Source: a virus
DNA length: 64,000 bases
Virus record (IMG/VR): IMGVR_UViG_3300022752_000048
Coordinates: 1 to 64,000 of that record
Reading direction: 5' to 3' (one strand)
Positions 55,404 to 64,000 of the stretch are shown piece by piece. The notes beneath the pieces are model-generated. The model made no database searches. It was not told where the DNA came from and was given only the letters and a program-made list of their open reading frames with translations. The first letter of the stretch is position 1. The number at the start of each line of letters is the position of its first letter. A program made the position numbers and the translations under genes.

Positions 55404-55733
55404 TTACTCTAATTCTGCACCCATATCGACGATCCCCTCCTTTTGAAGGAGCGAAAGGGCAAATACTCTTTTAGAATCTGCAAAGTTTTTAGTTTCGTTA
55501 AACGCACTTCTAAAAGTTTGTAAAATTTCTTGTGCAGCCTTGAATTCTGGATTAGCTTCCATTTCCTTCTTAGCTTTAAGTACGTGCGCATTTTGTTCTG
55601 CAATAATCTGTTTTAGTTTATCTACATTATAAGTTTTAAGCATTTGCAATTCATCATAAGAATAGTTTTTTACAAACGCTTTTTCAATGTCACTCAAATG
55701 GCTATATTTATTTGACTTACTCTTCTTTCTCAT
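55404..55733 (-). CDS. Hypothetical helical protein
   Basis: 109 aa, ATGA overlap with the transferase gene. Confidence 0.55.
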   Translation of the reverse strand: MRKKSKSNKYSHLSDIEKAFVKNYSYDELQMLKTYNVDKLKQIIAEQNAHVLKAKKEMEANPEFKAAQEILQTFRSAFNETKNFADSKRVFALSLLQKEGIVDMGAELE

Positions 55734-56593
55734 ACGACATCCTCCACAAAAAGTAATTGCTGGTTTTTAATATATGCAGTTTTTTCTTTTACTGAAAAAT
55801 GGTGTTGAAGAAATTTATGATCAAATCCGCATTCATCAATTAAATTCCAAAATACGTCATCTGTATAAATTTCTGGCTTTTTAAGAACTAAAAACTCATT
55901 GATATCATGTCCAACTACATAACTCCCCTTATGCAATATTTTAGGTACTTTACACAAACAACTTTCGACTTGACCAATTGGCGCATTCCACACTCTAGAT
56001 AAGTTCCAACCTAGAGCTTCCCATTCTGGAATTATGTCTTTTGTAAATTTTTGGTTAATTCCATATAGGTAGCGAAGCCCAAACACCGGCCCAGTGTTTT
56101 TATTAGGGTCAGCATTCTCGATTCCTAATCCATTAATGCGAAGGCTGTTATATCTCAGTGTTTGATCCATAAGCTCACAGGTTTTATAGCAAGCCCAGTC
56201 CCCAAAATATGGGATCGTTTTAAACAGTTCTCGTCCGCTATTAAAATCTAGAGGTTTTGTTTTGAGTGTAGTTTCGACTTTTGTCCATTTATCAAAAGCT
56301 TTTTCAAAATTTTCAATACGACGAACTTGCGGAGTTCTACCCCGTTCCATACCAAAGCGGCTGATTTTTTCAAACATTTGTGTAGGACTTTTTCCATCAG
56401 AAAGTCCACGCATAAACAAGATCATGCTTTCGATAGAATAATAATAAACGTACATAAAAATTGCGGTTTCCGGATCAAATTTTTCATGTTTAATAATTGA
56501 TTTTAGGAGAGGATAAACAGGATCAACGTCTTTGGTATGGATTAAGGCTAGGCTTGCCTTCTCGAAATCGGAAAAATTAAATAGATGTTGCAT
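55730..56593 (-). CDS. aGPT-Pplase2-family amino acid:DNA transferase
   Basis: LIHTKDVDPVYPLL, GMERG, FGDWACYKTCELMD (HhH-like), ESCLCK, YVVGHDI. Confidence 0.8.
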   Translation of the reverse strand: MQHLFNFSDFEKASLALIHTKDVDPVYPLLKSIIKHEKFDPETAIFMYVYYYSIESMILFMRGLSDGKSPTQMFEKISRFGMERGRTPQVRRIENFEKAFDKWTKVETTLKTKPLDFNSGRELFKTIPYFGDWACYKTCELMDQTLRYNSLRINGLGIENADPNKNTGPVFGLRYLYGINQKFTKDIIPEWEALGWNLSRVWNAPIGQVESCLCKVPKILHKGSYVVGHDINEFLVLKKPEIYTDDVFWNLIDECGFDHKFLQHHFSVKEKTAYIKNQQLLFVEDVV

Positions 56594-57482
56594 ACAAATA
56601 CTCTTGAACTGCGTCGGCTAGTTCTTTAATATATGTTGGTGCATGGCGTAAACCATTTGCGGACTTTGGTGTCACATACATCGAAGCACCTTCTTGAATA
56701 AACGCATGTGAATAGTCTTCCATATAAGCCGGCCTCCACCCTGTTTTAGGATCACCGGTAACTTGGATGCCTACCTTCCCATCGGTTACTTTAGAAATAT
56801 GTTCAATAATTTTTTCAATTTTATCTTTAATTTCTAGATCTTTTTGTTCTTTTTGATAAATAAAATGAGTACCTAGATAATAGGTGTCTGTAGTTGGCCT
56901 TGGATATAAATAGGCGTTAATAAAACGGCCTTCTTTAGCATTTAAACAAAACCTTGGATAACGATCAAATACTTCTCCACTTGGTTTGCATTCTACTGAC
57001 CAACCCCAACGATAATCCGTTGGTTTGTATTTGTGAAAACCATTTGCATGGATAACAAGTCGATTGGTTGGTGTTTTGTCTACGCGGCTAGAAAAGAAAA
57101 ATTCTTGAGTAAATTGTACAAATGCCTGTACATTAACATGCATTGATTGTTTATTTAAAATTTTAATATTTCCGACAGTTTCAACAAATTTTAGTTCTTT
57201 GGAATTATTATGATGCGGAATGCTTTTCTGTGTATACCCATAAGGAACAGCTTCGGAAAACAAAATAATCGGGCGACGATCTGCTTGGCCAAATGATTGC
57301 AGCCATAAGTTATAGTTAACTTCGTCTAGCTCCTCACCGGACGGATAAATACACCCAGTGCTGGCTTTCCATGCACCGGGTGAATCATTGTCTTCCCACG
57401 AAAACATAATTTTTCTATTTGTTAATTCCCAAGCAAGGAGCGAGCCAATTAATCCAAAGCCCTTAATATGTACTGTAGACAT
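56577..57482 (-). CDS. FAD-dependent oxidoreductase (DAO/glycine oxidase-like)
   Basis: VHIKGFGLIGSLLAWEL Rossmann motif, AWKASTG, GWRP, NGLRHAP; overlaps the transferase gene. Confidence 0.8.
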   Translation of the reverse strand: MSTVHIKGFGLIGSLLAWELTNRKIMFSWEDNDSPGAWKASTGCIYPSGEELDEVNYNLWLQSFGQADRRPIILFSEAVPYGYTQKSIPHHNNSKELKFVETVGNIKILNKQSMHVNVQAFVQFTQEFFFSSRVDKTPTNRLVIHANGFHKYKPTDYRWGWSVECKPSGEVFDRYPRFCLNAKEGRFINAYLYPRPTTDTYYLGTHFIYQKEQKDLEIKDKIEKIIEHISKVTDGKVGIQVTGDPKTGWRPAYMEDYSHAFIQEGASMYVTPKSANGLRHAPTYIKELADAVQEYLYATSI

Positions 57483-57498
57483 TTTTTAATTCCCGATT

Positions 57499-57996
57499 TT
57501 AATATGGACCAAAGGCTCCACTTCCGCGCCGGCGTGACGGAATTGCATTCTGGCGCTGTTGTTCTTCCCATTCCTTCTGTAGCTCCTCCTGTGTTGCTGT
57601 GATTACTGGCGACGGTGTGCGTGGGCTTGCTGTCGTCGCCAATGTCCCGTTTCCCACAGGAGTTTGCTGTTTTGGTGCGGGAGAAGAAAGATTTTGGTTA
57701 ATACGTTGCAAGACTTCTACCACAGGATTGCTGGAAATTTCTTTAAACAAAGCTGCTAGTTTAGTTGCTTTTTCTTCTACCTCGGAAACAGCCTTAACAG
57801 TTTCTGGATTATTATTTTCCAGCAGCTGTTCTAGCACAGTGTTTAAACTTTTTTGAATATGTCCCCAAAGAAATTCTCCGCTTGGCAAAGACAAAATACC
57901 TTCTTTTAGAACTTCGTTCTCTAGGGCAGATTGAACGTCACTAAGTAATTTAATTTTCTCTTTCTTGTCCATATTATCCCTCGTAAATATCGGCAT
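57499..57996 (-). CDS. Hypothetical protein
   Basis: 165-aa ORF (start probably MDKKEK) between the recA-like and FAD genes. Confidence 0.55.
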   Translation of the reverse strand: MPIFTRDNMDKKEKIKLLSDVQSALENEVLKEGILSLPSGEFLWGHIQKSLNTVLEQLLENNNPETVKAVSEVEEKATKLAALFKEISSNPVVEVLQRINQNLSSPAPKQQTPVGNGTLATTASPRTPSPVITATQEELQKEWEEQQRQNAIPSRRRGSGAFGPY

Positions 57997-59062
57997 TCAT
58001 GGCAATGCCCATGTTCTTAGAAGTAAACACTTCTTGTTTGATTTTGGCGTACAGGTTTTCATCCATTTTGACCAAATCAACAAACTTGGACATATTGCCT
58101 GCCTTAATTCCAAGCTCTTCTGGGCCAAAGTAAATGGTGTTGCCAGTTTCTTTCTTATGGAGTACGCCAAGATTTAGCGCTAGCTCTACAAGCTCTTCAT
58201 ACTGGTTAGCCAGTTCACCGCTTTCCATGTTTAGCCAGAATTCAGCAGCCTTGCCCTCGACAGTAAGACGAGTCTTATTAACTTTGCAGCGAACCTTGGA
58301 ACCGACCGCAATATTCTTGCCTTGGCCGTCTTTGGATTCGGAAACCAGCTTGTCCTTCATGCCAGTTGCCTTTTCCAAGAAAATAATAGTGGAGCACAAG
58401 TGTTTTAGCCGTTGACCACCAGTAAGCACCCATGGATAGTATTTAGCCATGCGAGTATCAAGGTTGGCCATAGCGTGGTTAGTAAGGACTACTAGCACTT
58501 CGCACTCGTTAGCAATACGATTTAGTACGTTTAGCGCTGGATTGATGCTCTTAGAAATGCCACCGTAACCATTTGCAGCACCACTAACATCGCCTTCTTC
58601 CATCGCACCTTGTTCACCAAGCGCAGTAAGGGCCTTAACGGAATCGAGTACAATTGCGCAGCAGTCCTTGTTCTTCTTGATTTCCTCTTCAGCCTTAGCT
58701 AGGGGCTTAATAGCGCCTTCAAATGTATTTGACTGGATAACTACCAGACGGTCGAGATCAACACCCAAGCTGGCTGCCCGTTCAGGGTTAAACGCATATT
58801 CTGTGTCAATAAAGATGCCGTACTTGGTTGGGTTCATTCGTTGCTCTTGTGCCAGCAACTTTAAAGCCATAAGGCTTTTACCAGAACCAGGCGATCCCCA
58901 TAGCATAACCAATTCACCTACTGGAATACCGCCACCAACAGCCCAGTCAAAAGAAACTGAACCGGTGCTCCTGACTTGTTTTTGTTTATTAGAAAATTCT
59001 TTGGCTACGGCAACTCGTTCCATTTTTAGCATTGACGACAAATAGCTTGGTAGTTTTGACAT
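57974..59062 (-). CDS. recA: RecA/UvsX-like recombinase
   Basis: STGSVSFDWAVGGGIPVG, GSPGSGKS, IDTEYA, VLDSV, TGGQRLKH, KVNKTR. Confidence 0.9.
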   Translation of the reverse strand: MSKLPSYLSSMLKMERVAVAKEFSNKQKQVRSTGSVSFDWAVGGGIPVGELVMLWGSPGSGKSLMALKLLAQEQRMNPTKYGIFIDTEYAFNPERAASLGVDLDRLVVIQSNTFEGAIKPLAKAEEEIKKNKDCCAIVLDSVKALTALGEQGAMEEGDVSGAANGYGGISKSINPALNVLNRIANECEVLVVLTNHAMANLDTRMAKYYPWVLTGGQRLKHLCSTIIFLEKATGMKDKLVSESKDGQGKNIAVGSKVRCKVNKTRLTVEGKAAEFWLNMESGELANQYEELVELALNLGVLHKKETGNTIYFGPEELGIKAGNMSKFVDLVKMDENLYAKIKQEVFTSKNMGIAMNADIYEG

Positions 59063-59070
59063 TTATTACC

Positions 59071-59541
59071 TCATGCACGGATGTGAATATTGTTGAAATT
59101 AGTACGGCCATAGATATTTTTCTTAACATCATCTATTGAAATTGATAGCACCGAACGAACAGATGATAAATAGGAATAAACGCTATCCCAATAGGCTTCG
59201 TCTTCTTGGGCTATTTGATATTCTGGTTGAATACAAATAAACGCCTGTTTGTCTTTTTCGGTAGGTTTTTGGATATTTTTCTCCGCCGCCCACTCTGGAA
59301 ATTTTTCTATTCGAAGAACTGATTCTACTCGCTCCTTTTCAATCTTTGCTTTTGATAACGAATATTGCGCTTTTGTCATTAATTCGGAAATAGCTAGCAA
59401 TCCTTCGCGCATGGATTGTAGAAACACCGGTGCATCGTGTTCAGTTACACTTACTGACTGCTTGCTCTTGGCAATAAAGGGGGCGAGCTGGTTGGCAATC
59501 ATGTTCATTTGATCACGTTTTGAAATAATTTCTGTACCCAT
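59071..59541 (-). CDS. UvsY-like recombination mediator
   Basis: Helical 156-aa protein (KPTEKDKQAFI...PEY) between the SSB and recombinase genes. Confidence 0.5.
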   Translation of the reverse strand: MGTEIISKRDQMNMIANQLAPFIAKSKQSVSVTEHDAPVFLQSMREGLLAISELMTKAQYSLSKAKIEKERVESVLRIEKFPEWAAEKNIQKPTEKDKQAFICIQPEYQIAQEDEAYWDSVYSYLSSVRSVLSISIDDVKKNIYGRTNFNNIHIRA

Positions 59542-59558
59542 GTTTCCGCCTTAAATAT

Positions 59559-59586
59559 AAAAAAAACCGACCAAATACATGGTCGG
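59559..59586 (-). terminator. Rho-independent terminator after the SSB gene
   Basis: Minus strand CCGACCA-TGTATT-TGGTCGG followed by T8. Confidence 0.8.
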
Positions 59587-59610
59587 CCAAAAACAATTTA
59601 ATGAGTACTA

Positions 59611-60525
59611 TTAAAACGGATTCCAATTTTCTTCATCTGCACCGCCAAAGTCAACAGAAGCAGAACTGGCAGCCGACTTTTTATCTTCCGCAGAACCTTC
59701 GCCTTGGTTTCTAATTAAGCGAGAAGGAAGTTCGGTACCGCCAGATGCTACGAATGCTGCCATTTCATCTTCACTCCAAAGACGAGATGCAAACATCTGC
59801 ACCAAGTCGATCATCTTTTCAGGATCTTTAAGACGATCTTTAACTGAATTAGGGAGTTGTTGTTCAAACAGCATTTCTGTTTTTTGACGTCCAACCATTT
59901 TTGATTCAACGCAAAGATCCGCAGAGTAGCGAGTATCCAATTTTTCGCCAGTTTTATTTAGTATCATCCAACCAGTGGGCTCAGATGGGTTGTAAACCTG
60001 GGCATTGTAATCTTTGAACTTATGCACTACACCACTGATTTTTTTGCTGGCATCACCAAACATTGCTTTAATCAAAGATGTTTTTGCGTCAAGAACAGAG
60101 ATCTTATCGTCACCGCGAAGAACGACTAGGACGGAAAACCTACGCTTCTGTTCAAAAGCCTTAGAAAGAGTTGAATGCTCAAGATATTTTTCATGCATTT
60201 TATGTGCGGGCGCTTTTGCTCCAAGTTCTTCTAGCTTAGCAGCTTCATCACGATGCTTCCAATGAGCATCACAAATAGAACAGGTCTTTCCAACAGAACG
60301 AGGACAAGGAATACGCATGTATTCGCCATTTAGCGTATATTCATGAAAATGGTTTTCTGTGTATGGACGAGGCTTACCAACGTGTTGATTAACGACTACG
60401 CGTAATGTAAGTGGCCATGTAGTGTTTTTTGCACCACCAACGTAATTGATCTTTTCACGTTGCTCTTTTTGTTTACCAACAGAGAAATCTTCGTTTTCGA
60501 GTAGAGAATAATCAAAATTTTCCAT
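59611..60525 (-). CDS. gp32-like single-stranded DNA-binding protein
   Basis: HFH...CPRSVGKTCSIC zinc site, KTGEKLDTRY, acidic tail DEENWNPF. Confidence 0.75.
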   Translation of the reverse strand: MENFDYSLLENEDFSVGKQKEQREKINYVGGAKNTTWPLTLRVVVNQHVGKPRPYTENHFHEYTLNGEYMRIPCPRSVGKTCSICDAHWKHRDEAAKLEELGAKAPAHKMHEKYLEHSTLSKAFEQKRRFSVLVVLRGDDKISVLDAKTSLIKAMFGDASKKISGVVHKFKDYNAQVYNPSEPTGWMILNKTGEKLDTRYSADLCVESKMVGRQKTEMLFEQQLPNSVKDRLKDPEKMIDLVQMFASRLWSEDEMAAFVASGGTELPSRLIRNQGEGSAEDKKSAASSASVDFGGADEENWNPF

Positions 60526-60538
60526 TTTACGGCTCCTT

Positions 60539-61165
60539 TTAACGGTATTGGAATTTAGCTAGCGACGGATTCATAGAATTATTAGCAGCGGCGGTTACTC
60601 TTGATAACTCGATACCTTCTTCAATGGCCTTGAGTACAGTTACAACTTTTTCTTCTTGGGATTTCTTTCCACCTCCTTTGGGCACGGCAACTACGGTTCT
60701 TGACAAACGACTATTAAGCGGCGAACGACGATAGGTGTAAAAAACATTTGATTGTAATTCACCGGTTTTAAAAATTTGCGAAACGCTGATATTATCTTGC
60801 TGCAATGTTAGGTCGTCGACAATTCGTACAAAATCACGAATACTTTCAATCTTTTTTAACACTCGACTAGTATCAGGAGTCCTACGAATAGCGGTTGTGC
60901 CTGAAAACAATTTAAGGCAGTTAGCAAACAAAACATTTGCCTCTGTTGCAGAAATTTCAAAGGGCATTTCTCTGCTAAGAGATGCGGCATAACCTTTAGC
61001 CTTCATTTCTTCGGCTACTTGAATTGCATAGTCAGACACATATCCAAGCTGGACTGGCGCATATTTTTCAATACCTTGGAGGATCACTTGTGCTTCGTCT
61101 TCTTTAAGGTCTGATAAATCGATAATTACTGGAATTGAATATGAACGGTCGTACATAACGGTCAT
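60539..61165 (-). CDS. Hypothetical protein
   Basis: 208-aa ORF coupled to the HNH gene. Confidence 0.55.
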   Translation of the reverse strand: MTVMYDRSYSIPVIIDLSDLKEDEAQVILQGIEKYAPVQLGYVSDYAIQVAEEMKAKGYAASLSREMPFEISATEANVLFANCLKLFSGTTAIRRTPDTSRVLKKIESIRDFVRIVDDLTLQQDNISVSQIFKTGELQSNVFYTYRRSPLNSRLSRTVVAVPKGGGKKSQEEKVVTVLKAIEEGIELSRVTAAANNSMNPSLAKFQYR

Positions 61166-61617
61166 TTTTTTCTCCTAGACGGTTTTTTGATTTTTCTTCT
61201 AGCTTTATTTTCAACAATACTTTTTTGTTTGTGACAAGGAATGCACTTAACGGTTAGTTTTGATAATATATTTTGTTTCATTTCATCGGTTATGTTTTCC
61301 TCATCAAAAAAATCTACGCCAACAAACATCCTGTCAACATATGTGTTCCAGTCTTTCCAACCAGATATGTCAATAACAGGATCTTCATGGTCGACCTGAA
61401 TTTCTTTATAATCAAAAATTTTGTTGCAGGCACAACATTTGTATTTAACACGTCTAGCTTTACTTTCTGTACCATCTTTTTTTGAAGCTTTGTATGGAAT
61501 TTTGGCATTTTCTAAAACAAGTTTTTTGATTGGACTAATAGAAAATAACCGGCGAATCGCTGAAATAAGCGATGCTCTTAACACCCATTTGCGTTTCTTT
61601 TTAGATTTCTTTGCCAT
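61162..61617 (-). CDS. HNH endonuclease-like protein
   Basis: YKCCAC...IQVDHEDPV...CIPCHKQKS. Confidence 0.75.
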   Translation of the reverse strand: MAKKSKKKRKWVLRASLISAIRRLFSISPIKKLVLENAKIPYKASKKDGTESKARRVKYKCCACNKIFDYKEIQVDHEDPVIDISGWKDWNTYVDRMFVGVDFFDEENITDEMKQNILSKLTVKCIPCHKQKSIVENKARRKIKKPSRRKK

Positions 61618-61635
61618 CTATCGATGGTAATAAAT

Positions 61636-62439
61636 TTAAATTGAAAAGTCGATGATATCTTGCAAATTAAAATAAGGCTTTTTAGTAAAGCTACTCACAC
61701 CGACTTTTCCGACAAAAAGGCATAGCTTGTGGCGGTATGATCCAAGCTTTTTATTTATCTTAGGATCGTATTCAAATACTTTTTTCTTTATTCCACTCAC
61801 GGGATCATCAACTAATCTTTCTTTAGGCCACATGCGCACGCGAACATCATCACTTCCATCAAAGATGGAAACTTCTATAAACTCTTTTCCGTCATATTTT
61901 TTAGTAGCATATCCATTAAAATAACCAAAAAAAGCCTTACGCCACATTCCTGTTTTTACGGAAAAATCTGATATTGTACCCTTATAATTTTTAGCAATCG
62001 CCACGCGATCTTCTATTTTGTTTCCGTTTTGATCAATTGTGAATTGGCGGGCAAAAGGAAATACTTCTGTAAACTCTTCTTTGGTAGTCTTAAACCCGAG
62101 CTGCTGTAATGCGGATTGGTAAACATTGCAGAAGCTAATAGAAAAAATAGGATTAAAATCAGCTAGCCATAATTGCCGATCAAAATCGGACGTAATTTTC
62201 TCCATTGGAATACGCTGTTCTTTGATTTTTGGAAACCCGGCAGTAGATTTGCAAGCTTTTTTAAGCTGCTCGATGGCCACAAACCGTTGTTCTACTGTTA
62301 ACGGATCTGGAAAACAGTCATCAAATGCACCGCTCATGATCATAGTTATGATTGGCGAAACCATAATTTTAATTTCGCCAGTTTCGTAATTTTGTTTTAC
62401 GTCTTTGACTTTGACCAAAAAATCTTCCCACTTACTCAA
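61636..62439 (-). CDS. DnaE C-terminal subunit (second HhH region plus OB fold)
   Basis: SKWEDFLVKV...ITMIMSGAFD and FFGYF...TKKYDGKEFIEVSIFDGSDDVRVRMWP...LFVGKV match DnaE C-terminal patterns. TTG start at 62439 with GAGGT 8 nt upstream; an ATG at 62454 is an alternative. Confidence 0.7.
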   Translation of the reverse strand: MSKWEDFLVKVKDVKQNYETGEIKIMVSPIITMIMSGAFDDCFPDPLTVEQRFVAIEQLKKACKSTAGFPKIKEQRIPMEKITSDFDRQLWLADFNPIFSISFCNVYQSALQQLGFKTTKEEFTEVFPFARQFTIDQNGNKIEDRVAIAKNYKGTISDFSVKTGMWRKAFFGYFNGYATKKYDGKEFIEVSIFDGSDDVRVRMWPKERLVDDPVSGIKKKVFEYDPKINKKLGSYRHKLCLFVGKVGVSSFTKKPYFNLQDIIDFSI

Positions 62440-64000
62440 TGTAAATAACCTCATCAAAGAAGTAATCTTGTGTATGATGCTCAATCATCAAAACAAGTTT
62501 ACGGTCTGAAATTTCCTTAATTGCACTAATACAGATTTCCTGGGTCGCAATATCACACCCCTGTAGGCTCTCGTCAAGCATCAAAATGGGGCTATTGTAC
62601 ATATCGGACAACGCTAGTTGGAACGCTAGAACTAAACGGCTAAACTGACCACCTGACAAATCATCTTCATTCAGAGTGTCTAGCACTTGGCCATCACAGG
62701 TTAATTCCAAGTTTATTGCAGAGATCTCTTTGTCTTTAGACTTTAGCTTGCGAGTTGTTTTAAGTTCAGCCTTAACACGACCGTCCAATAGGAGATCAAG
62801 CCAATATGTTGCGCGAAAGTTAATTTCATCAATGATGCTTTCTAGCGACTCCAACATTGACTTTTGCCAAATATCATTAATTTCTGAACAGCCGGAATAT
62901 AAATCTTTGGCGTCTTGTTTTTGTGTGGCGATTTCTTCCAAAGATTCTGTTAGAGCATTAAGCTTTTGCTCATATTGGTCGATTTTAGTCTTGATTTCGG
63001 CGTTTTTATTTAATTGGTGTAGTTTGGACTGATATTCTGATTTTTTATTAGCCTCTTCATTCAATTCATTTGAGTGGAGCTCAATTGCTGAATAAATAGT
63101 TTGAATTTTATTTTCCAGCTCTGTGATAGGAATCAAATTATTATTTGTGCTAATAATTTGGTCCGCCTTGAGCTTTTTCTTTTCAAGAGTAGCTGTGTTT
63201 GTTTCCACATCGTCTAAAAGAACTTTTTGTTTTCGCATATCTCTTAGATAAACACTCAATTCATTAGCCGCGTGTTCAAACTTTTCAATCTTTTGCTTAC
63301 CAGCTTTAATTTTTGTATTAATTTCCGACTCAAAATTAGTTACAGAAATTGATTCTACGGCGTCGTGGTAACCTAGAAACTCTTCACACATCATCTTTAA
63401 ATCTAGAACTTTATCTACAATTTCAGGCTCGCCGTATAATTCAATATTTTGCGTAAGATTTAATATCTTGCTTAAAGATAGTTGTTTTTGCTCTTGATGT
63501 CTTTCTAAGTTTTGCATCTGCGAAAGCAGCCATTCCATTTTATTAAGATCTTGTTTGAGCGTTTTAACTTCGGAATTATATTCATTTATTTGCCGCTCAA
63601 CAGCCTGTTCTTTAAAATCTTTTAATTTTTGTTGATACTCTTTTTGACGTGACTGCAGTTCACCCAAACTTTCTTCGTATTTTGATAAGAAATCTGAGGC
63701 CGTTTGGAAAACGGCGCGAGCTGGATGGTTTTTATTTTCGGTAAGACTAGTTCGATCTGTTTTGAGTTCATTAATTTTTGCTGTTAATGCAACAATATTC
63801 TTTTCGGTTGCTGCGATTTTGCGCTGCAAATCGACTGGAGAGCCTTTAACGTCAAACATTGTTTCGCTTAAAGACTTAATTGTGTTTTTAATTTCTTTGA
63901 TTTTATCTTGAGTATTTTGCTCTTTATGTTCTAATTGATTAAGCAGATTGCCAACTTCTTTGATCTTTTCTGCAATTTCTTCTTTTTGTTTAAATGGGTC
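62432..64000 (-). CDS. SbcC/Rad50/gp46-like SMC ATPase, C-terminal part (5' end outside the window)
   Basis: Long coiled coil, LSGGQ signature, LMLDES Walker B, MIEH. The frame stays open from 63859 to 64000. Confidence 0.88.
   Translation of the reverse strand, partial: DPFKQKEEIAEKIKEVGNLLNQLEHKEQNTQDKIKEIKNTIKSLSETMFDVKGSPVDLQRKIAATEKNIVALTAKINELKTDRTSLTENKNHPARAVFQTASDFLSKYEESLGELQSRQKEYQQKLKDFKEQAVERQINEYNSEVKTLKQDLNKMEWLLSQMQNLERHQEQKQLSLSKILNLTQNIELYGEPEIVDKVLDLKMMCEEFLGYHDAVESISVTNFESEINTKIKAGKQKIEKFEHAANELSVYLRDMRKQKVLLDDVETNTATLEKKKLKADQIISTNNNLIPITELENKIQTIYSAIELHSNELNEEANKKSEYQSKLHQLNKNAEIKTKIDQYEQKLNALTESLEEIATQKQDAKDLYSGCSEINDIWQKSMLESLESIIDEINFRATYWLDLLLDGRVKAELKTTRKLKSKDKEISAINLELTCDGQVLDTLNEDDLSGGQFSRLVLAFQLALSDMYNSPILMLDESLQGCDIATQEICISAIKEISDRKLVLMIEHHTQDYFFDEVIYIE

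Noticed and set aside
61162-61617. HNH gene as an intron-encoded homing endonuclease responsible for the polymerase split
   Set aside because: It lies downstream of the complete C-half, not at the split junction, and no intron structure flanks it.
1-64000. Stop-codon reassignment
   Set aside because: TAA, TAG and TGA all end genes at natural domain boundaries, and coding density is already high with the standard code.

Overview
The window is a fragment of a large, AT-rich contractile-tailed (myovirus-like, probably jumbo) phage genome read with the standard code. No rRNA, tRNA, CRISPR array or transposase was seen. From about 1 to 45.5 kb the minus strand carries a virion module: LysM/gp25-like wedge, a 2325-aa baseplate-J-like protein, further baseplate proteins, about 24 kb of mosaic tail-fibre genes (eight tail-collar/His-x-His needle proteins), three tail-tube paralogs, chaperones and the 5' part of a tape measure gene. 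A thymidylate-synthase-family gene sits on the opposite strand among the tube genes. From about 45.5 to 64 kb lie replication, lysis, DNA-modification and recombination genes. Three candidate systems stand out. (1) A base-hypermodification set (P-loop hydroxymethyl-pyrimidine kinase, aGPT-Pplase2 amino acid:DNA transferase, FAD oxidoreductase, amidoligase, LMW phosphatase, deaminase) whose TS-family partner carries the cytosine-type Asp rather than the uracil-type Asn. (2) An intein-less DnaE split into two genes 12.6 kb apart on opposite strands. (3) A branched receptor-binding array that includes three tandem 244-aa needle paralogs, each with seven HxH motifs. All family calls come from motif recognition by eye; no database search was run.
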